DNA from: a virus
Taxonomy: Duplodnaviria > Caudoviricetes
Strand: one strand, 5' to 3'
Virus record (IMG/VR): IMGVR_UViG_3300047280_000041
Coordinates: 7,629-71,628 of that record
Length of the DNA: 64,000 nt
Positions 1 to 10,500 of the stretch are shown in pieces. The stretch's first letter is position 1; the number at the start of each line of letters is the position of its first letter. The translations under genes were made by a program, and so were the position numbers. Under the pieces are notes generated by a model, which had not been told where the DNA came from, did no database searches, and saw nothing but the letters and a program-made list of their open reading frames with translations.

Positions 1-366
1 AATGACCACGTTTCAAGTGGCATTTATGACCGCATCAGCAAGACGGTGGAAAACGAGCGCATGTTTGGTCGCTTGATTGGCGTGTCTGACATCGAAGCCT
101 ACCGGCAAGTCGGTGATGCACTTCATGCTCGCGGTGAGTTCAACGCTCCAGCTAAGGGTAGCTCCCCAGCTGCAGCACAACAAGCCGCTGAGAAAGTTGT
201 CGTGCAACCGAAACCGAAGCAGGTTGATGGCGATAAGCTGAAAGACAAAAAGCGAGCTGCAAGCTCCACTAACGCTGTGATTCCCAACTCTGGTACTCAG
301 GACTTCAACCCCCTGTCGATGTCAGATGAAGAGTTCAGCAAACAAGTTAACAAACAATTTCTGTAA
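1..366 (+). CDS. N4 gp57-like head assembly/scaffold protein, C-terminal part (5' truncated by window edge)
   Basis: Frame is open from base 1; Ala/Lys/Pro-rich linker and a C-terminal NPLSMSDEEF motif, immediately upstream of the major capsid gene as in N4-like phages. Confidence 0.7.
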   Translation, partial: NDHVSSGIYDRISKTVENERMFGRLIGVSDIEAYRQVGDALHARGEFNAPAKGSSPAAAQQAAEKVVVQPKPKQVDGDKLKDKKRAASSTNAVIPNSGTQDFNPLSMSDEEFSKQVNKQFL

Positions 367-381
367 CGAAGGATAGGCATC

Positions 382-1791
382 ATGCAATTCAACAACCCCC
401 CATCGACTGCTTCTAGCGTCGGCTCTCAAATCCAGAACTTCTTCTACGCGAAGAAGGCCCTCGTCGAACTGCCAAAACTGCAGTTCTTCAGCCAGTTGGC
501 TGACGTGACTTCCATGCCTAAGAACTACGGCAAGAAAATCAAGCGTTACCACTACATGCCTATGCTCGATGATCGCAACATCAACGACCAAGGTATCGAC
601 GCTGCCGGCGTGGCAATCACCAACACTCAGTACTACGTCACTCTGCCTCGCGCAGTGTTGGCTGTAGCAAACGCTGCTAAAGCTGCTGCCGCTACTGCGA
701 TCAACGACAACCTCGACGGCGTCACTGCTGTGGCTGGTTCTGATGGTTCTGCTGGTACTGGCTTGGCCACTATCACTGTGACTGGTGCTTTGAACTTCAA
801 AGTCGCCAACGCCACTAAAGCCAACACCATCGTCGCATTGAACATCGGTGCCCTGTCTCAACAAGGCTCTGGCAACATGTACGGCACCAGCAAGGACATC
901 GGTACTATCTCCGGCAAGATGCCTGCATTGAGCGAAACCGGTGGCCGCGTGAACCGCGTGGGCTTCAAGCGTATCGAACTCGAAGGCACTCTCGAGAAGT
1001 TCGGCTTCTTCGACGAGTACACCCAAGAGTCCATGGACTTCGACACTGACGCTGAATTGATGGAACACATCAACCGCGAAATGCTGTTGGGTGCCAACGA
1101 GATCACTGAAGATGCTCTGCAGATCGACTTGATCAACGCTGCTGGTGTGGTTCGCTACGCTGGTGATGCAACGACCAATGCCGAGATCCAAAGCTCTGAC
1201 TTGGTGACCTACGGTGACTTGCTCCGCACGTCGATCCAGTTGGATCAAAACCGTTGCCCCAAGCAGACCAAGATCATCACTGGTTCTCGCATGATCGACA
1301 CCAAAGTGATCCCATCTGCTCGCGTGGCCTACATCGGCTCTGAGTTGCTGCCCACTTTCCGTGGCATGGTTGACTTGCACAACAACCCCGCTTTCGTGGG
1401 CGTTGAGCGCTACGGCGATGCCGTGGGTACAACCTTGAACGGCGAAGTCGGTACTGTTGACCAGTTCCGTTTGGTCGTGGTTCCTGAAATGATGAAGTGG
1501 GCTGGTGCTGGTGCTGACGCTTCTGGCGATGCAACCTGCTACGAGACTGCTGGTCGTTACGACGTGTTCCCAATCCTCGTGGTTGGTGACGAGTCTTTCA
1601 CAACCATCGGCTTCCAAACTGATGGCAAGACCGTGAAGTTCAAGATCTTGCACAAGGCTCCTGGTGAAGCAACTGCTACCAGCCTGGATCCATACGGCGA
1701 GACCGGCTTCATGTCGATCAAGTGGTATTACGGCTTCATGGCCCTGCGTCCAGAGCGTATCGCTTTGATCAAGACTGCAGCCAAGATGTAA
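382..1791 (+). CDS. Major capsid protein (N4 gp56-like)
   Basis: 469 aa; [33 protein letters not shown] and [16 protein letters not shown] segments typical of N4-gp56 capsids; AAGGA RBS; strong codon bias. Confidence 0.95.
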   Translation: MQFNNPPSTASSVGSQIQNFFYAKKALVELPKLQFFSQLADVTSMPKNYGKKIKRYHYMPMLDDRNINDQGIDAAGVAITNTQYYVTLPRAVLAVANAAKAAAATAINDNLDGVTAVAGSDGSAGTGLATITVTGALNFKVANATKANTIVALNIGALSQQGSGNMYGTSKDIGTISGKMPALSETGGRVNRVGFKRIELEGTLEKFGFFDEYTQESMDFDTDAELMEHINREMLLGANEITEDALQIDLINAAGVVRYAGDATTNAEIQSSDLVTYGDLLRTSIQLDQNRCPKQTKIITGSRMIDTKVIPSARVAYIGSELLPTFRGMVDLHNNPAFVGVERYGDAVGTTLNGEVGTVDQFRLVVVPEMMKWAGAGADASGDATCYETAGRYDVFPILVVGDESFTTIGFQTDGKTVKFKILHKAPGEATATSLDPYGETGFMSIKWYYGFMALRPERIALIKTAAKM

Positions 1792-1798
1792 GTAACGA

Positions 1799-1826
1799 GG
1801 GGAGGGAAGAGAAATCTTCCTTCCCC
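1799..1826 (+). terminator. Stem-loop after capsid gene (terminator or RNA-stabilising hairpin)
   Basis: ggggagggaaga-GAAA-tcttccttcccc, 12-bp stem; U-tract is weak. Confidence 0.6.
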
Positions 1827-1859
1827 GATTCTGTATTTCCCCAACTCTGAAAGAACGCA

Positions 1860-2453
1860 ATGTCTCAAGACAACGATCAAACCCAAGTCCCCGCACAAGA
1901 TGAACTCACCGCATTGAAAGCGCGTGCTGACATGATGGGCGTGTCCTACCATCCTTCGATTGGTCTGGAAAAACTCCGCGAAAAAGTGAATGCTGCTGTT
2001 GCTGGCGAAACCACTGAAACTGATTCAACCGATACCCCTGCTCCTTCTGCTGCTGCTGTGATCAACACTGCAGTCGAAACAGAAGGCCAGAAAACCAAGC
2101 GCTTGAAAGACGATGCTGCCCGATTGGTGCGCATTCGTTTGACCTGCATGAACCCAGCCAAGTCCGAGTGGCCAGGCGAAATCATCAGCGTGGGTAATGC
2201 CCGCGTTGGTTCGTTTAGCAAGTTCGTTCCTTTCAACGCCGATGAAGGTTGGCACGTCCCCAACATCATCTACAAGGCTTTGGTCGATCGCCAATGCCAG
2301 GTGTTTGTCACCACTGCCGATGCCCGTGGCAACAAGACTCGCAAGGGTAAGCTCATCCGTGAGTTCGCCATTGAGATCTTGCCTGAACTCACCAGCGAAG
2401 AGCTGCATGACTTGGCTCAACGTCAAGCCATGAGCGGTGCGATCGAAAACTAA
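1860..2453 (+). CDS. N4 gp55-like protein
   Basis: LKARADMMGVSYHPSIGLEKLREKV N-terminus and RIRLTCMNPAK...GEIISVGN motif; follows the capsid gene. Confidence 0.8.
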   Translation: MSQDNDQTQVPAQDELTALKARADMMGVSYHPSIGLEKLREKVNAAVAGETTETDSTDTPAPSAAAVINTAVETEGQKTKRLKDDAARLVRIRLTCMNPAKSEWPGEIISVGNARVGSFSKFVPFNADEGWHVPNIIYKALVDRQCQVFVTTADARGNKTRKGKLIREFAIEILPELTSEELHDLAQRQAMSGAIEN

Positions 2454-2474
2454 AACCAAATCCCGGATAGACCT

Positions 2475-3119
2475 ATGACAGCAATTACCAATGCAGATCT
2501 GACCACCAAATCGGTGACTGGCACGGGCGTCTTCGACGTTCTGATGCAAGCCTCTGCGGCTCACCTCGAGTCGGAGTTCGGCAAGAATCGGATCAAGGGC
2601 ACTGAGTATGCTGAGGTCTATCTGGGTACCATGACACAGGTACTGCAGACAGCAACTCAGTTTCTCCTGAGCAAACAAAAGGCGGACCTGGAAGCGCAGC
2701 TGCTGGTAAAGCAGATTGCCCTGGTTGAGCAACAGCGATTGAATGCCGTCACTGAGAACACGGTGCTCGTGGCTCAGGAATGCAAGCTGCGCGCTGAATA
2801 TGACCTGACCATGGCGACCATTTTGAAGGTCAATCAGGAAACGGCATTGCTTTCACAGAAGGCAGCCACCGAGCGTGCACAGATCCAGAACCTGGGTGTC
2901 GACGAAGACAGCGTGCTGGGTCGTCAGAAAGCGCTTTACGTTGCACAGACTAACGGCTTCACGCGCGATGCGGAGCAGAAGGCAGCCAAGGTCATGATCG
3001 ATACTTGGAACGTGCGTCGAACCACGGACGAAGGCACGGTTGCCGATGGCACCAACATGCTGAACGACGCGGCAGTGGGGCGAGCAGTAACCAAGTTGCT
3101 GACAGGTGTCGGAGCCTGA
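2475..3119 (+). CDS. N4 gp54-like virion structural protein
   Basis: GTGVFDVLM...RIKGTEYAEVY motif; synteny. Confidence 0.8.
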   Translation: MTAITNADLTTKSVTGTGVFDVLMQASAAHLESEFGKNRIKGTEYAEVYLGTMTQVLQTATQFLLSKQKADLEAQLLVKQIALVEQQRLNAVTENTVLVAQECKLRAEYDLTMATILKVNQETALLSQKAATERAQIQNLGVDEDSVLGRQKALYVAQTNGFTRDAEQKAAKVMIDTWNVRRTTDEGTVADGTNMLNDAAVGRAVTKLLTGVGA

Positions 3120-3136
3120 TCTCCCTCAACTCAAAC

Positions 3137-3162
3137 AAGGGAGCGAAATGCTCCCTTTTTTT
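3137..3162 (+). terminator. Rho-independent terminator
   Basis: aagggagc-gaaat-gctccctt followed by a T run. Confidence 0.85.
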
Positions 3163-3183
3163 ATACAGTAGATTGGGAATGAC

Positions 3184-5421
3184 ATGGGATGGAATCCGTT
3201 TAAAAGCAAGGAAGTCACACGAGTTGCCACGTCGGTATCTCGAGTGATTCAGAATGACGCCATTCCAGAGTCTGTCAAGACCGGTGCGTTGAAAGCCTTC
3301 TTCAACGACGGCAACATCCCTGACTACGTAATGGAAGAGTTGGTTGCCAGTATTGGCATGCGCGCAGAGCGCATGTACCGGTATGCAGAAAACCACTACA
3401 CCCATGGCATGCCATCAGGGGAAGTCTATTCCTCTACCCAGGGCAGGGCACAAGTGGAAGCCACGCTCGAAACGATCGAAGGCGGCCAGGTGTCGATGGA
3501 GTATTCCCACTACGGCAGCGCAAATGCCGTGCACATCGGCTGGATGAAGCTGGTTTCAGAACATGGGTATGACCCGTTGACCAACAAGCTGGGCAACCTG
3601 ACCCAAACCAAGAACAAGAACGTCTACTTGAAGGACATGATTCTCGTCATCCCGAGTTCGATGATGAGCAGTGTCGAGCCTGAGCGCGTGGCTCAATGGG
3701 GTAGCGCTGCGTGCGGCGGCTACACACCCGAGCGGTTGAACAACGTCGGTGGCGTGGTGGCCATGGCCAAGCACACACCTCCACATTACAGCAGCGGTGC
3801 TGCCGAGGTGTACCTCGAAGTCTCCTATGTGTGGGAATCGGCACCTCGAGTGATGAACTACGGAACGTTCAACATCGACCTTTCTGGCTATGACCAGGGT
3901 GCCAACTTCTTTCATGCCAAGTATTCAGTAAACGGTGTGATCAAGTACTGGATGTACCAGAACGATTCAGGCACCTATCCATTGCTGGATGCCGTGTACG
4001 TCGATGCACCTGCAGTGTCCGGCTCTTATTTCCCGTTCACGTACTTTCGCTACAACAAGCAATCCACCACCAGCAACAAGACAACCGATTCGTACAAGAC
4101 ATCCAAGAAGATGATGAAGTACCTGGGGCTGGACTTTGATGTGGTTGGTTCAAGCATCGACGAGAATCCGGACATTGCTGACATCGAGCAAGCCATGTTG
4201 ACCTTTGCAGTTCCGTCAACGTCCACCAATCAGATCGAATGCCGCTACCTGTTTGATTACTTCAGCAGCATGCACCTGGCCATGGATGGTTCGGGATCTG
4301 CAGCTGAAACGGACATCGTGAACGCATTGTCTGGATCCTATGGATTTGCAGGCCTAGCCACCAATGCCAAGAGCACGGTGATCAAAGACAACCGCTTTAC
4401 AATGACGCTAGGTAATAACGGCATTTACAAGCGGCTTGTTGCTGGGAGTATTGGAGACGTAGATACCTACTCAAGCCTTTTTGAAGTAGTTGACGTCAAT
4501 CAACCAGTTGTTGATTACGAAAGCGGCGAGCCATCTGTTCAAATATTAAAAGTCAATTTTCACAAATACCGGCATCAGGTTTCCAAGACCATTTATGAAG
4601 AGGTATTGGTCCGAGATCTGACCATGACCTACAACATTTATGGTGGTTACTCTACGGTGGGTGATGAAACAGACGCCATCCTCCTGGTTCCCATTGACTT
4701 GACCGTAGCGCAGAACTACACCATTTCGGACCGCGAAGTTCTGTATTCTCGGTCTTTGCACTTTGTCTTCAACAGCCGCACGGTAACCAAGGTCAAATGG
4801 TATCAGCAAAGCTGGTTTAGCACCTTCCTGCTTATTCTCGCTATTGTCTTGACTATTGCAGATTGGGGTTCTGATGGGGGAGCCTGGATTTCTGCTGCTA
4901 CCGGTTTGACAGGATACAGTCTGCTGGTGGCCATGATCATTGTGAACGTCATCATTGCCGCAGCACTGCTTCCGAAGATCTTTGACCTGTTCGTGAAGGT
5001 TTTTGGCAAAGATGTAGCCACTGTTCTGGCCATTCTGGCCATCATGTATGGCGGATACCAGATGGTCCAGGCTGGTGGAGTAGCCGGCTGCCCCTTTGCT
5101 TCACAGTTACTCCAGTTGTCCACTGGTCTGCAGCAGGCGGTGATCCGCGCAGACATGATGGATTTGCTTGCACAGCAGGATCAGTTCAATCTATTCGTTG
5201 ATGAACAGACCAAAGTGCTCGATAAAGCCAATGAGCTGCTAGACAAGCAGCACTTGTTAAGTCCTATAACAATCTTCGGGGAAAAGCCAGAAGACTTTTA
5301 TAATCGGACGGTACACTATGGCAATATCGGACTATTGGGTATCAATGCAATCTCCTCCTACGTGGACATAGCACTCACCCTTCCAAAATTGAATGACACA
5401 GTAGGAGAAGAATTTCTATGA
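3184..5421 (+). CDS. N4 gp53-like structural protein with C-terminal hydrophobic segments
   Basis: 745 aa; KWYQQSWF followed by hydrophobic helices; synteny between gp54-like and gp52-like genes. Confidence 0.75.
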   Translation: MGWNPFKSKEVTRVATSVSRVIQNDAIPESVKTGALKAFFNDGNIPDYVMEELVASIGMRAERMYRYAENHYTHGMPSGEVYSSTQGRAQVEATLETIEGGQVSMEYSHYGSANAVHIGWMKLVSEHGYDPLTNKLGNLTQTKNKNVYLKDMILVIPSSMMSSVEPERVAQWGSAACGGYTPERLNNVGGVVAMAKHTPPHYSSGAAEVYLEVSYVWESAPRVMNYGTFNIDLSGYDQGANFFHAKYSVNGVIKYWMYQNDSGTYPLLDAVYVDAPAVSGSYFPFTYFRYNKQSTTSNKTTDSYKTSKKMMKYLGLDFDVVGSSIDENPDIADIEQAMLTFAVPSTSTNQIECRYLFDYFSSMHLAMDGSGSAAETDIVNALSGSYGFAGLATNAKSTVIKDNRFTMTLGNNGIYKRLVAGSIGDVDTYSSLFEVVDVNQPVVDYESGEPSVQILKVNFHKYRHQVSKTIYEEVLVRDLTMTYNIYGGYSTVGDETDAILLVPIDLTVAQNYTISDREVLYSRSLHFVFNSRTVTKVKWYQQSWFSTFLLILAIVLTIADWGSDGGAWISAATGLTGYSLLVAMIIVNVIIAAALLPKIFDLFVKVFGKDVATVLAILAIMYGGYQMVQAGGVAGCPFASQLLQLSTGLQQAVIRADMMDLLAQQDQFNLFVDEQTKVLDKANELLDKQHLLSPITIFGEKPEDFYNRTVHYGNIGLLGINAISSYVDIALTLPKLNDTVGEEFL

Positions 5422-5963
5422 CCGGAATCAACTACGGCTATACGCCAGCAAACGCATCAGGAATTGGTTTGACCCCAGCTTCTGCATCCCCATACCTTCA
5501 AGATTTTGCGAACTGGAATACTCCAGCTCCATCTAACTACTCATTTGCAGCACCGGCAGGTAGTTATAGCAATGTAGGCCTACAAATGCCGGGTACCGCC
5601 AACAGCGCGAGCGGTCTGGGTATTCAAGGTGGCTTGTCCACCATGCCTACCGGCCCTGCAATGGCTACTGCTCCGGCCAACCCCAACGGCTGGAGTTGGT
5701 TGGGCACGCGTGACCAGCAAGGTGTTGCTGGCTTGGCTTTGGGCGGTGCTACTGCTTTGGGTAGCTTGTACCTGGGCATGCAACAGTACAACCTGGCCAA
5801 GGACACGTTGGCCAACAACAAAGCCCAGTTTGAGCGCAACTACGCAGCCAACAAGACGACGACCAACGCAAACCTGGAAGACCGTCAACGTGCTCGAGTG
5901 GCCTCCAATGCAGGTGCTTACCAGTCGGTGGGTGACTACATGAACCAGAACGGGGTGAAGTAA
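5418..5963 (+). CDS. N4 gp52-like ejection/internal virion protein
   Basis: Gly/Ala/Asn-rich, no Cys, C-terminal NLEDRQRARVAS motif; ATGA overlap with upstream gene. Confidence 0.75.
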   Translation: MTGINYGYTPANASGIGLTPASASPYLQDFANWNTPAPSNYSFAAPAGSYSNVGLQMPGTANSASGLGIQGGLSTMPTGPAMATAPANPNGWSWLGTRDQQGVAGLALGGATALGSLYLGMQQYNLAKDTLANNKAQFERNYAANKTTTNANLEDRQRARVASNAGAYQSVGDYMNQNGVK

Positions 5964-7498
5964 TGGCAGCAATCACATGGCGTAATGTCGATGGCCCCTC
6001 GTTGGCCGATGCAGCTCGTCCACTGGCTTATGCCCGTGACACATTTACTGGTGGCCTTGATGCCTTGGGCAATGCAATCAAGGGCTACGAAGCTGGCCAA
6101 GAGCGCATGTTCAAGAAGCAGGACGACGCTGCCACCCAGGACATCCTGGGCCAAATCTACCAGGCCGGTTCGGTTGCCGACTTCAACCGCTTGAACACTT
6201 CCGGCGCGCTGGATCAGGCTGTGGCTGCCAACGGTGCCCGCATTGACCGCGCGGCCGTGAACGCTTTGCGTGATGGCCGAGTGGGCGTGCTCCAAGGCCG
6301 TGAGAAGCAAGGCTGGGAATTCCAGGATGCCACGACCGATCGAGCCCAGTTGCCAGTGGTGCAGGAGATCTTGACCTTGGCTTCGGCTGGTCAGAAGGAT
6401 GCTGCCCTTGCCAAAATGGTTGAGAACCCGAACCTGCGCATGCCAGCACAGTTGATGGACTCCATTGTCAAAGGTGACCGTGACTTCCAGCGCTGGGGCT
6501 TCACAGTGGCTGAAGAAAAGCAGAAAGAGGTCATGCGTCCGTTGGATGTCCAAGCCAAGAAGCTTGCCAATGCGGGGCAATCGACTTCCAACTCCCTGGG
6601 TGTTTTGAACCTGGACAAAGCCAGACTTGATGCCGCAGACGCCAAGGAAGTGCGTGCACTGGAGAATGCCGTTGCTACGGCTCAGGCAGATTACACCAGC
6701 GTGCGCACGGCCATGGGCAAGGAAATGGGTGCTTTGGCCAGTCGCGTTACGACCAAGGATCCAAAGACTGGTGAAAACGTGGCTTTGCCTTTGACATCTA
6801 TTGGCCACCCTGATTTCGACTTGATGTCGAAAGACCAGATTGCCGCCTACGATGCAGCCGCCAAACAAAACAACATGCCGTTGTCGACCAACTTGATGCG
6901 TGGCGATACCCAGGCTGCCAACGATTTCCTGGCAAGTCTGGAAGGCTCGAACCAGTTCAAAGCTTCCACGCTGAAGAAGTTCAAGGACAGTATTCGTGCT
7001 GGTTTCAATACCGATGGAAACGCTGGCCGAGTGGGCAATGACGCTGCCAACATTGCTCTGACCAATGCCCGTAACAAGGTCAAGTTTGATGAGATGGATG
7101 CCAACAACTGGTATGCACCAGGCAGTGCCAATGCAACCCGCAACTGGGAAGACATCAACAGCAAACTGGATGGTATCTTTGGTGCCGACGAGAAGGAAGA
7201 CTTGCCGCATGTCCGCGAATACCTGAACGACGTTGCCCGCAACGGTATCAAGGTAAAGGACAAGAACGGCAAGGAAGTTTCTGTTGTTCCGTCCAAGAAC
7301 GATATTCTGGGTGCTGTGGGTCAGACCTATGAAGGCTGGAATTTGTTCAATACTGGCCGCAAAGACGACATCAAAAAGGCTTTGGAGAAAGCAGTTAAAG
7401 ATCAGATTGGCAACAAGAAGATCGAAGACAGCGAGGAAAGCCAAATCTTCCGCCGGCAAGAAGCAACAAAGGCTATCTTGGGCGCGAAAAAGCCGTAA
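5963..7498 (+). CDS. N4 gp51-like internal virion (ejection) protein
   Basis: 511 aa, no Cys, N-terminal ITWRNV motif, directly upstream of vRNAP. Confidence 0.7.
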   Translation: MAAITWRNVDGPSLADAARPLAYARDTFTGGLDALGNAIKGYEAGQERMFKKQDDAATQDILGQIYQAGSVADFNRLNTSGALDQAVAANGARIDRAAVNALRDGRVGVLQGREKQGWEFQDATTDRAQLPVVQEILTLASAGQKDAALAKMVENPNLRMPAQLMDSIVKGDRDFQRWGFTVAEEKQKEVMRPLDVQAKKLANAGQSTSNSLGVLNLDKARLDAADAKEVRALENAVATAQADYTSVRTAMGKEMGALASRVTTKDPKTGENVALPLTSIGHPDFDLMSKDQIAAYDAAAKQNNMPLSTNLMRGDTQAANDFLASLEGSNQFKASTLKKFKDSIRAGFNTDGNAGRVGNDAANIALTNARNKVKFDEMDANNWYAPGSANATRNWEDINSKLDGIFGADEKEDLPHVREYLNDVARNGIKVKDKNGKEVSVVPSKNDILGAVGQTYEGWNLFNTGRKDDIKKALEKAVKDQIGNKKIEDSEESQIFRRQEATKAILGAKKP

Positions 7499-7516
7499 CG
7501 ATTAGCGCGATAATGC

Positions 7517-7546
7517 GGGGGACATTGGAAACAATGTCCCCCTTTT
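7517..7546 (+). terminator. Rho-independent terminator
   Basis: gggggacattg-GAAA-caatgtccccc-tttt. Confidence 0.85.
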
Positions 7547-7589
7547 CATTTGTGCGCTCGAGCAGCGCCCACCAGACAGAAAGAACCGA

Positions 7590-10500
7590 ATGGCCACCTC
7601 AGATCCACGGGACTATTTCACCTCACGCATTGCACAAGAGAGAGAAGCCAACGCTCAATTAGGTATTTCTACAGGGTATGACACTCTGCAGGATACAAGC
7701 CGTCAAAAGATTGCCGACTTGCAATCGTTGCGCAAGGAAATTGAAGTATCCAAGGCAGCTCAAGCCAAGTCCTGGGTGGGCCAGTTAGATCTGAACCCTG
7801 ATGGTGTGCTTGGTTCACTGGTCAACTACGGTGCTTTGGGCTATTCGACCGTGTCTCGCATGGCTGGTGAAGCGGTGTCGCTTCTGCCTTCCGTTGCAGC
7901 CATGGCAGATGAGAGCTCTATCTCTCCTGCAGAGATGGAAGCCTACACACGCAAGACCAAGAACCTGGCAACACCTGAAGATATTGCTCTTCTGAATCGC
8001 AAAAAGGCTTTTTATGCAGAGCGGGATACTCCCGAAGCTAAGGCGCGCGCGCAAGAACTAGCTGATCGCAATCCAAGTGGCTTGACTGCACTGGATCTGA
8101 TTGAGCGATCCACCAAGATGCGCGGCACTGCGCGTGACATTTCCGATTCCTTTGACCGAACCAGCGTCATTCATGCTGCCAAGCGTGAAGATTTCCTGAG
8201 CGATGTTGGCCAGGACTTCGAAGCGGCCTGGAACCAGACTGGTTTGGCCAACACGTTCGAGAAAGACAAGTCTGTAGGTAATGCCAAGGACGTGGTAACG
8301 GGTCTGGCCAAGCTGGTTTACAACGCCGGCGAAGCAGCGGTAAAGAATCCCAAAGCTGCCTCTGAATACATGGCTGAAAACCTGCCCCAGTTGCTGGTGG
8401 GCGGTGCCATAAAGGGTGGCAAGTACGTTCTGAGCGCAACCAACGCAGGTTACGCGGCAGATACCTACCAGAAAGGTCTGGAGAAGTATGCCAACGAGAA
8501 CAACGGGGCATTTCCTCCAGCCGAAGAACGTCAGTACATGGCCATGATGGCTGCTGCCGCTGGTTTGGCTGAGCAAGCCGGTGAATTGGGCCAGTTGGCA
8601 GCCATCGGCAAGGTACGCAAAGCCATTCCTACCGGGGAAGATGCCGCGCGCATTGGTTTCAAGCAGTCATTGCTCAATACCGGCAAGGCCACGGCAACCG
8701 GCCTGGGCGAAGAGTCCGTAACCGAAGGGTTTCAGACCTATGCCGAAGGCGAAGCAGGCCGCACACCGGCCTCAGCCAAAGACATCTACACGAGCGGAGT
8801 CATTGGTGGCATTTCTGGTGGTGGTTTGGCTGGTTCTGGCCGGGCCGTTGCTGAAACCCTGGGCGCTACCCCAGAAAAAGTCCAGGCTCGTGCCGATGAC
8901 CTGGAAAAAAACAAGGTTCTGGACACTGCGATCCAGTCAGGCGACGTATCCCTGCTCTTGAATCCGAAAGAAGCGACCTACGCACCCGACAAAGCCATTG
9001 CCGCGCTCTACGGCAACAGCCAGTTGCCTGATGCCACCCCAGAAACCAAGGCAGCCAACCTGGAAAAAGCTGCAGCGATCGTTGCTGACCTCCAGGAACA
9101 AAAAGCCAAGGAAGAAAGCTACCTAGCCGGCGTCTCACCGGCCGCAGTAGAAGACTTGAAGGCCAAGGCCCAGCAAGCGCGCGCGCAGGGTGACAAGCAG
9201 CTGGCCATTGACTTCGAAACCGAAGCGGCCAGCATTGCCGGTGACACCAAGACGGTTGCACGGCTCCAAACGAAGATTGCCCGCATCGATCGCCAGCTCA
9301 CTGGTGCTCAGCAGGCCATGGAGAACTTCTACCAGGAAAGCCAATCCAAAGAGCTCGACGTAACAGCCGAAGCGGCCAAGGTCAATGATGCAGATCCTGT
9401 GGTTTCAAAGCCTGCAGCGGACAGCATCATCAACTTGTCCATGGCCACGCCAGAGCGCTTGGATGCGGGCACTGCTACATCGCTTGCCGAGAACACAAAC
9501 AACGCCTTGACGACCCCTCAGCGCGCTTACTTGCGTGCTTTTTCTGCAGCCCGTGCAGCCGAAAACCTTCTGAAGGATATGGGCAAGGTTTCTCAGGAAA
9601 TCTTCTATGGCGGCAAGGGAATGGTGGGCATCCAGCAGTACCGCTCAAACGTGGCCACTTTCTTGGCAGCAGGCAACCGAAAAGCTGCGGACACCCAGAT
9701 GAGCCAACTGGGTCGATTTGTCAAAGACCACCAAGCCAAGGCTGCAGTCGGCGCGCAAGCGTTGCAGCAGTTTCAGGATACGGGTAAACCCGTACAGCTG
9801 CGCACTGATGGCAAACAAGGCTGGTTTATTCACACCGGTCAGCCACTGACCGTTGCCGAGTTGCGCAAAGAAGGTAGCCTGGAGATCAATGAAACCAGTG
9901 CAAAGATTGTGAACAGCTTTGGCACTGAAGCAGCTGCATTGCAATCAGCACAAGCTGAGTTGCAAGCGGCCTATGACTTGAAGTTCAACCCAACAAGTGA
10001 GGTATCAAATGTCAAGGACGTATCGCAGACATCTTCACGCGGTGAAAGTACCGCCGTTGGCTCTGAAACCAAAGCCGCGAATCAAGACAGTGCCGACGCT
10101 GAAGGTGGCACTGGACAACGAGGAGCCGCTGCCGATGTACAGACCAATGAAGCAGCTGGAGCTGGATCTCGAGCTGATGCCACTGAAGTAACTGAGGAGG
10201 CTCCGGCCTCTGCTGTGACAACTGCAGAAACCAAGACAGCTGAAGGTCAACTGCAGTCTACTGAGGACGATAACGCAGTCGACGAGGCTTCCCCTAATGC
10301 AGACGAAGCTGCTGCCGAGATTGAGACCGGTAAGTTAAGCGTACTCGACAACAAGTCCCCGGAGGGGACAGAGTATCAACTGCGCAACCTGATTGCAGAC
10401 TATTTCACACAAAGCGCAAGCCGCGAAGGTGATGTCACTACACGCCCATTGGTTGAGGTAAAGAACTTCCTGACTCAGACAGCCAAAGGCTTCACTGAGT

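Noticed and set aside
322-1896. 524-aa - strand ORF
   Set aside because: Antisense shadow of the codon-biased capsid gene; no RBS or motifs.
5936-7459. 507-aa - strand ORF
   Set aside because: Antisense shadow of the gp51-like gene; similar shadows occur across vRNAP, primase, nrdJ and the polymerase.
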